Shown here: piece by piece, positions 42,001-48,000 of the stretch
Numbering within the stretch: position 1 is the first letter of the stretch
Layout: each line of letters begins with the position of its first letter
Assembly: GCA_044221725.1 (NCBI GenBank)
Contig: JBGAON010000005.1
Location: forward strand, 224,001 to 288,000
Reading direction: 5' to 3'
Origin: Elusimicrobiota bacterium
GTDB taxonomy: Bacteria > Elusimicrobiota > Elusimicrobia > F11
DNA length: 64,000 nt
Notes under the pieces: model-generated
Database searches by the model: none
What the model saw: the letters and a program-made list of their open reading frames with translations, nothing else
What the model was told of the DNA's origin: nothing
Made by a program: the position numbers and the translations under genes

Positions 42001-45000
42001 AGCCACACGGACACGTTGACGAGCAACCGGTTCCTGTCGTCGGGGGCGCTACCGAAAGTTGTCACGTCGACATCGAAGAGCGTGTTCCGTGGCGATGACG
42101 GGAATTTGAATTTCACCGTGGGCCGTTCGTACACCGAGTCGCAGAACATTATGGGTCTTTCCAAGCAAACCTCGTCGGTGAACATTGCGCTGCTGGCAAA
42201 TTTTGATGGATCCGTTGTGCAATCAAAATCCACGTTTGTGTCGCAATACACGGGCGGTGTGCTGGCGGGCGGAAACGCGGTGCGGGAATCGTGGAGCGAT
42301 GACGGGTTTGGCAATTTGGATGCGGGCGACGGCTTCGACACGTACGTGGCCATCGGGGGCCTTTTGAAGATTGCGAGCTCGACCTCGCGCAATGTGCACG
42401 CGGCGCGCGACGAGTCGGTGTCGTGGTCGTCCACGAAAATCGATTATGCGTACAAATGGGTTTCGACGCGCACGCCGTTCGGTGGTGTTGGCCTCATCAG
42501 TATGTTGGACCGAGCGATTGGGATCGGCACGAACAAATCGAACGATGGATGGGGAAATATCACGCACGGCCAATCGGTGCTGACGTTCGCGGTCATTGCG
42601 GGTCAGGCGCGCCCGCTCAGTACAATTTCCGACAACATCACGCGCGCGATGACAGGCGCCACCACAATCTCGCACTCGGAAACGTACACGCTGTACAACA
42701 CGGTCGGCCGCGCGTATCGACAGTTCGGAATCGGCAGCAGCAACACCGACGATGGTTTTGGAAACAAGACCTGGGAAACGCTCACGGATACGGAATTCGT
42801 TTTGATGCACGGGAAATTCAAAGTGGCCGAGGTGCACAGCCGCGGTGGATTCCTGCGACGCGATTTAAATTACGGTGTGAATTCCAGCGACACGTATTAC
42901 CTCTATGCAGCGAACGATCAATTGCTCACGGCCCGCGGTTCCCGTTCGTCGTTGGGCACCGATCAGTGGGGAAATTACAACGACAGTTCGACGCAGGTCG
43001 TCTACGGAATTTTTGCGGGCCAAGCGCGCGCGGTGAAAACGGAAACCACGTCGCACAGCCGCCGTATTGATTCGTCATGGACCGACAGCAGCGATACCGA
43101 AATTATGGGCTACAACGCGGGCGGACGAATCATGGCCGCGAGCAATTCGTCGATCAGCTTTGGTGGCGACGGATTTGTATCGGTGAATTCGAGCGTGAGC
43201 AACACGGTCCAAGCGATTGCTTTCGGTTCTCCGGTTGCCGTCGAATCGTTTACGCACACCGAGAGCTCGGACATTCGCGGCGATTGGAGTCAGAGCGACA
43301 ACTTGACCGATTATTTCTACAGTCGAAACGCCACGTACGTGATGCCACTCGACGTGTTCAACGACATGCACGTGTACTACGCGCCGTTCCTCGCCACAAA
43401 CAATCTAACCGTGTTCAATAGTCAGAGCTTCGCGAGCGGAATTCTTACGACCGAAACGGGCGGCTTGCGCATGAGCGCGATCATCGGCGACACGAATCTC
43501 ATGCGCGATATTCACGAAGAGATCGGGTATCGCACCGGCGTAATTCGAATTCAAGATCTCACCGGATGGTATAGCCAAGACAACACCACCGCGCGCCGCA
43601 AATCGGATTATCAATACGACTTGGGAACCGCGGCGTTTCTCACCGGTCAATCGGTGACCGAAACATTTACGGACAAGCGCGAAATGAGCCAGATGGGAAC
43701 GAGCAACGCCTACCAGGGCAGCTCCGTTTCCATTGCGCTCTACACAAATGTGGCCGGTAAACGGGTGGTTGCGATGGACTCCACGAACTCGACCGATTTT
43801 GTGATTGTCGCGGGTCGGCTGGCCTCGACGTCCACGAGCCAGACGATTTCCGAATATTTTTACAACGATGTGGGAAATGCCACGTACAAAACGGCCGACA
43901 CGATCACGGACAGTGAGGAATCTGTTCCGACACTCCCGCCGGTCATCGGGCCCGCCGTCGACGACTTCTTCTTCGGCGCAAAAGGATCGCTGTCGCATTC
44001 TCGAAGCTTTACGTACTCCGAAAACGTTTACGGATTTTTGGACCCGGTGTTCACAAAGAGCGAAAGCACCTCTTGGAATACCTTCCGCTCCGCTGTGACC
44101 GAGCGAACGTCCATCCTCACGTATCAGTTTAATAGGTTCGGTGAAGTTGGGCGTGAAGGCCGTTGGTTCAGTGCGACGAGAAACGCGTGGTACGAGAACT
44201 GGAGCGGAACGCCGGGGGATGAAGAAGCTTTTGACGCCGAAGACGCGAACGTTGTCACGCGGTCCTGGGGAGAGGATACTTACCAGACATATCGGTACGT
44301 CCGCGGTCAACTTGTTCATTCGCGAGTCGACAGTCATACGAATGGACGAACGACGACCATTGACACCACGTACAACCGTGACGTGATCACCGGCAAAGGA
44401 TTGTCGACCGACACGGTCACCCGCAGCGGCAATATTGGCGCGACAAACGATTGGTGGAGCCTCGTCATCGATCATTCGATCGAGTACGCGATCGACAGCT
44501 ACAACGTGGTCACCGAATCTGAACAGCGGTATTCGGGCGTTGCATTTTTTGAGGTTGCCTCGGGCCGCGGCGCGCTGGTCCCAATTTTCGTTTCGTTTGT
44601 GCAGGACTATAAGTACGACGGACAAGCGCTGCTCACTTCCATTAACGTGCGAAACGTGAACGCGTCCATAGTTTTCGGCACGGCGCGCGGCTCGTTCCAA
44701 AATATCGGCGATCTGACGCGCGCTACCAGCGGCGAGATGGCGAAGCAAGGATTCGTTGTGCCACCCTCGTATCTATACGCGGGAACTCTTGAGAACGCGA
44801 TGGCGCGAGGTGGGATTCGCGTGAATTACCGACGTGAGATGGATGTTTCCTCAGGTCGCACGGCGCTTCTCGGATACGAATCGTTTAACTTTGGATTCAT
44901 GGGATGGACCGAAGAAAATACTCTGCGCGACACGAAAGGCGACGCGATTGAACTAAGCAAACAGACCTTCTACAAATACGATGGAAATGTTCTCGCGTCC

Positions 45001-48000
45001 ACCGACCACATTCTCGATTTGTTCCATCTCACAACATTCCAAACCATGTTCCCCGAGAGCAATCTCAATCAAACGTCGGACATCTATGTCTACATGCACA
45101 CAATGGTGTTCCGCAGCCCGCGCAACGAAGATGGCGAAATGATCCCGGACCCGAACAACCTCCTCGGAAAAGGCGCAACGCCCATGATGGAACAGTATCT
45201 TGAAGAATTCATTCAAATGGCCGACAACGGGTTTGCGCCGTGGATGAAATTCGACGGTGTGGTCACGATGCCCGGCGTGTTGACGAACCGCGACAGATAC
45301 AATTCGAATCGCGCGTACTTTACGCAGGGATGGACGGCCTTGCCGTGGTTTATTTCCGACGTGAACTGGGGACCGAGCGGTGCGCGGCTGTTCCCGCAAC
45401 AGTCGTTTGGCGGATTCAACGCTTCCAATATCGCGCTCCAAATGATTTCCGATTACGGCGTGTCGCATCTCACGCCGGGCGGTGTGCAAATCGTAGCGGC
45501 GTCGGGCGACAACCGGTTCGATCCATTGTGGTATTTGCCGCCGACCGCGTGGTTGCCGGCCGGAGGTTACTTGTATCAAGTAACAGACACCGGACAACCG
45601 GGACGACCGCACATTTGGCAACCACGTAACCTGTATGCATTTTCCGATGATGAAGGCGCTGCCGACGAAGAAGAGGTTGAACCGTTCAATCTGCTCGACC
45701 TGCCGAGCTTTGTCGCGCGCGCGGTAATTTTGGTGGCGCTGGTGTGGGCCGGCGCGCCCGACGCGAGTTCGGCGGATAGCCAAGTGCAGCTGGCACCCAC
45801 CGAGGACGGGCATTCCGAGAGAACGCCCGCCGCGGAGGAAGGAAAGAATCCCGATGCACAGGCGAACCCGCAGGGCAACGGGCCAGCGGTCGGAAAAGCG
45901 CCGGATCGGCCACTGAAAATCGAAACGAACGGCACCGTGCCGTTGAAGGACAACGAAGGCAAAGTGACGGAGACGCGAAGGGAAATTGTGAATGCACCGA
46001 CCGAGCCGTCCGAGCCGAGCAAACCAAACTTCTTGTTTGCGGCTATTAAAGGAGTGTTGGTGAATCTAATCGTCGTTGCGACCGCTGTTCTGAAATTTAC
46101 CGAAGTGAAGCCGGCCGGCAAAGAGGTCGTGAAGCCCGCCGTGCAGAACGATGCCCCCAAAATCGCAGGCGCAGTCGTTCGGAAGAAAGACCCTAATAAT
46201 AAGGAGAGACATCCGGATAATAGGGAGAACGTGCGCAAAGACGGCGAGAAATTCGAACTGAAGAAAGGCGCCATCGAAGTCGACAAGAATGGTCGCCTCC
46301 GATTGACGGCGGCCGAAGCGAAGAAATTCGCGCGCGGCAGCGAGATCAAACTGCTCGGCAAGAACGGCAAAGAGATCACGGTGACGGTTGGCCCGAACGG
46401 ACTGCTTGTGTTCAAAGAAAAGAACAAACCGTCGGAGCAGCTGCTTAAGGAAATCTTCACGCCGCTGCTGAAACAAGATTTGAACGGGCGCGTAGAATTG
46501 CGCGCCATGGTTTCCAATCAAGGCCGCACGTGGTTTGTTCGCGCGCCGGACGCACCGGTGGTAAGACGCGCGCAAATCGACCGTGTTCTCGAACAGGTCA
46601 AGCTGGCGCCGGTTGGCGAAGGCGAGGAAAATCCCAACGTTGGGCCCGCGAAAGTGAACGGCAATCTCGAACAGAATCCGAAATTAGGAAAAGCGGGCGA
46701 GAAGCCGCAAACCGACGCGGTAGTAGCGCGCGGCCTCTTGTCGCGCTTGGCACAAGCGCTCAACGTGTCGCCGCGAGAATTGACGATATTGCTGACGAGA
46801 GCCGAAAAACGGGCCCTGGAAAAAGGTGGCGTTGGTCCCACCGTGTTGCTGCGCACCTTTCTGCAAGCCGTGAAACTTGGAGACCAGGTTTCTTCGGCAA
46901 AATTGTACGCGGCGCTCGTCACCGAATTAAAAGACGTGAAACGCGAAGCGAACATCGGTGCCGGCCCGGTCGCGAAACCAAACGTCGCGAAACCGCAAAA
47001 CGAAGCGAAGGTGAATGCGGCGCAACCGAACGCGAACGAGAGGGACGAGAAACAAAAAGCCGAAGTGAAATTCCAAGCGCCGATGGTGAGTTTGTTGGGA
47101 GCGTTGCGGCAAATGTTGCGCGTGGAGGATAAGCAGCGCGGACTCGATGCGCGCGCACCGCAACAAATCTCGCTAAACATTGATGAGAACGGAAAACCGT
47201 CGTTGATTGTGAACGTCGGGGGAAAAACCGTCACATACAAGGTCGGCGAGCAAGTTGTTCTCGCCGTGGCGGGCCAACGTTTGGTTGTGAAGATTGGCAC
47301 CGATGGCTTCATCGTTCAAAATCCGAAAAACGTTTTCACGGTGGGCGCCGTACTGAGCGCGTTGTTGCCAAAAGGAGAAAAAGGCACAGCGCAGGTTATC
47401 GGTGTCACCAAAGACAACGCCGGTCAAACGGTGCTGCGCGTTGTGAACGCCACAGCCACCGATCTTGGATTGAAACTAACGTTTGCTGGGAAAAACGAAA
47501 CTGTTCAATCGAACCAAATCGATTTGATTGCGCAAGCGCACCACGTGAAAGCGACTGAAACACTCGATGGTCCGAAAATTGGCGAGAGAGTTTTCCAAAT
47601 TTCCGCCGTCGTTGATCGCCGAACGGGTTTCGATGCCAAACAATTTTTCGTCGAGAACTTGTTGGGGCGCCAAGTCGATCAGCAAGACGGAAATCGTATC
47701 ACAGTGCTCGTGCTCGACACGAAAGGAAACGTGATCCGCGCGGCGTTCAATTACGACAAGCAGAATATCGAATTTAAACAGGACGCAAAGCCGGCCATCG
47801 GCTCGCTCGTTGTTGCAGCCGGATTTGGAACCGCGAAAGCGACGCTGACCGCGGAGGGGAAGCCGGTGTTCGGTGTGGGCGGCAACGGTCCCATCGTAAA
47901 CAAAGCGCCGGCCGCGAACAATTTCGTTAATAACGGAGCAAAGCCGGTGGGCAACAACGCGATCGCGGTACCGAACGCCGCCGCAGTGAAACCGAATTTT

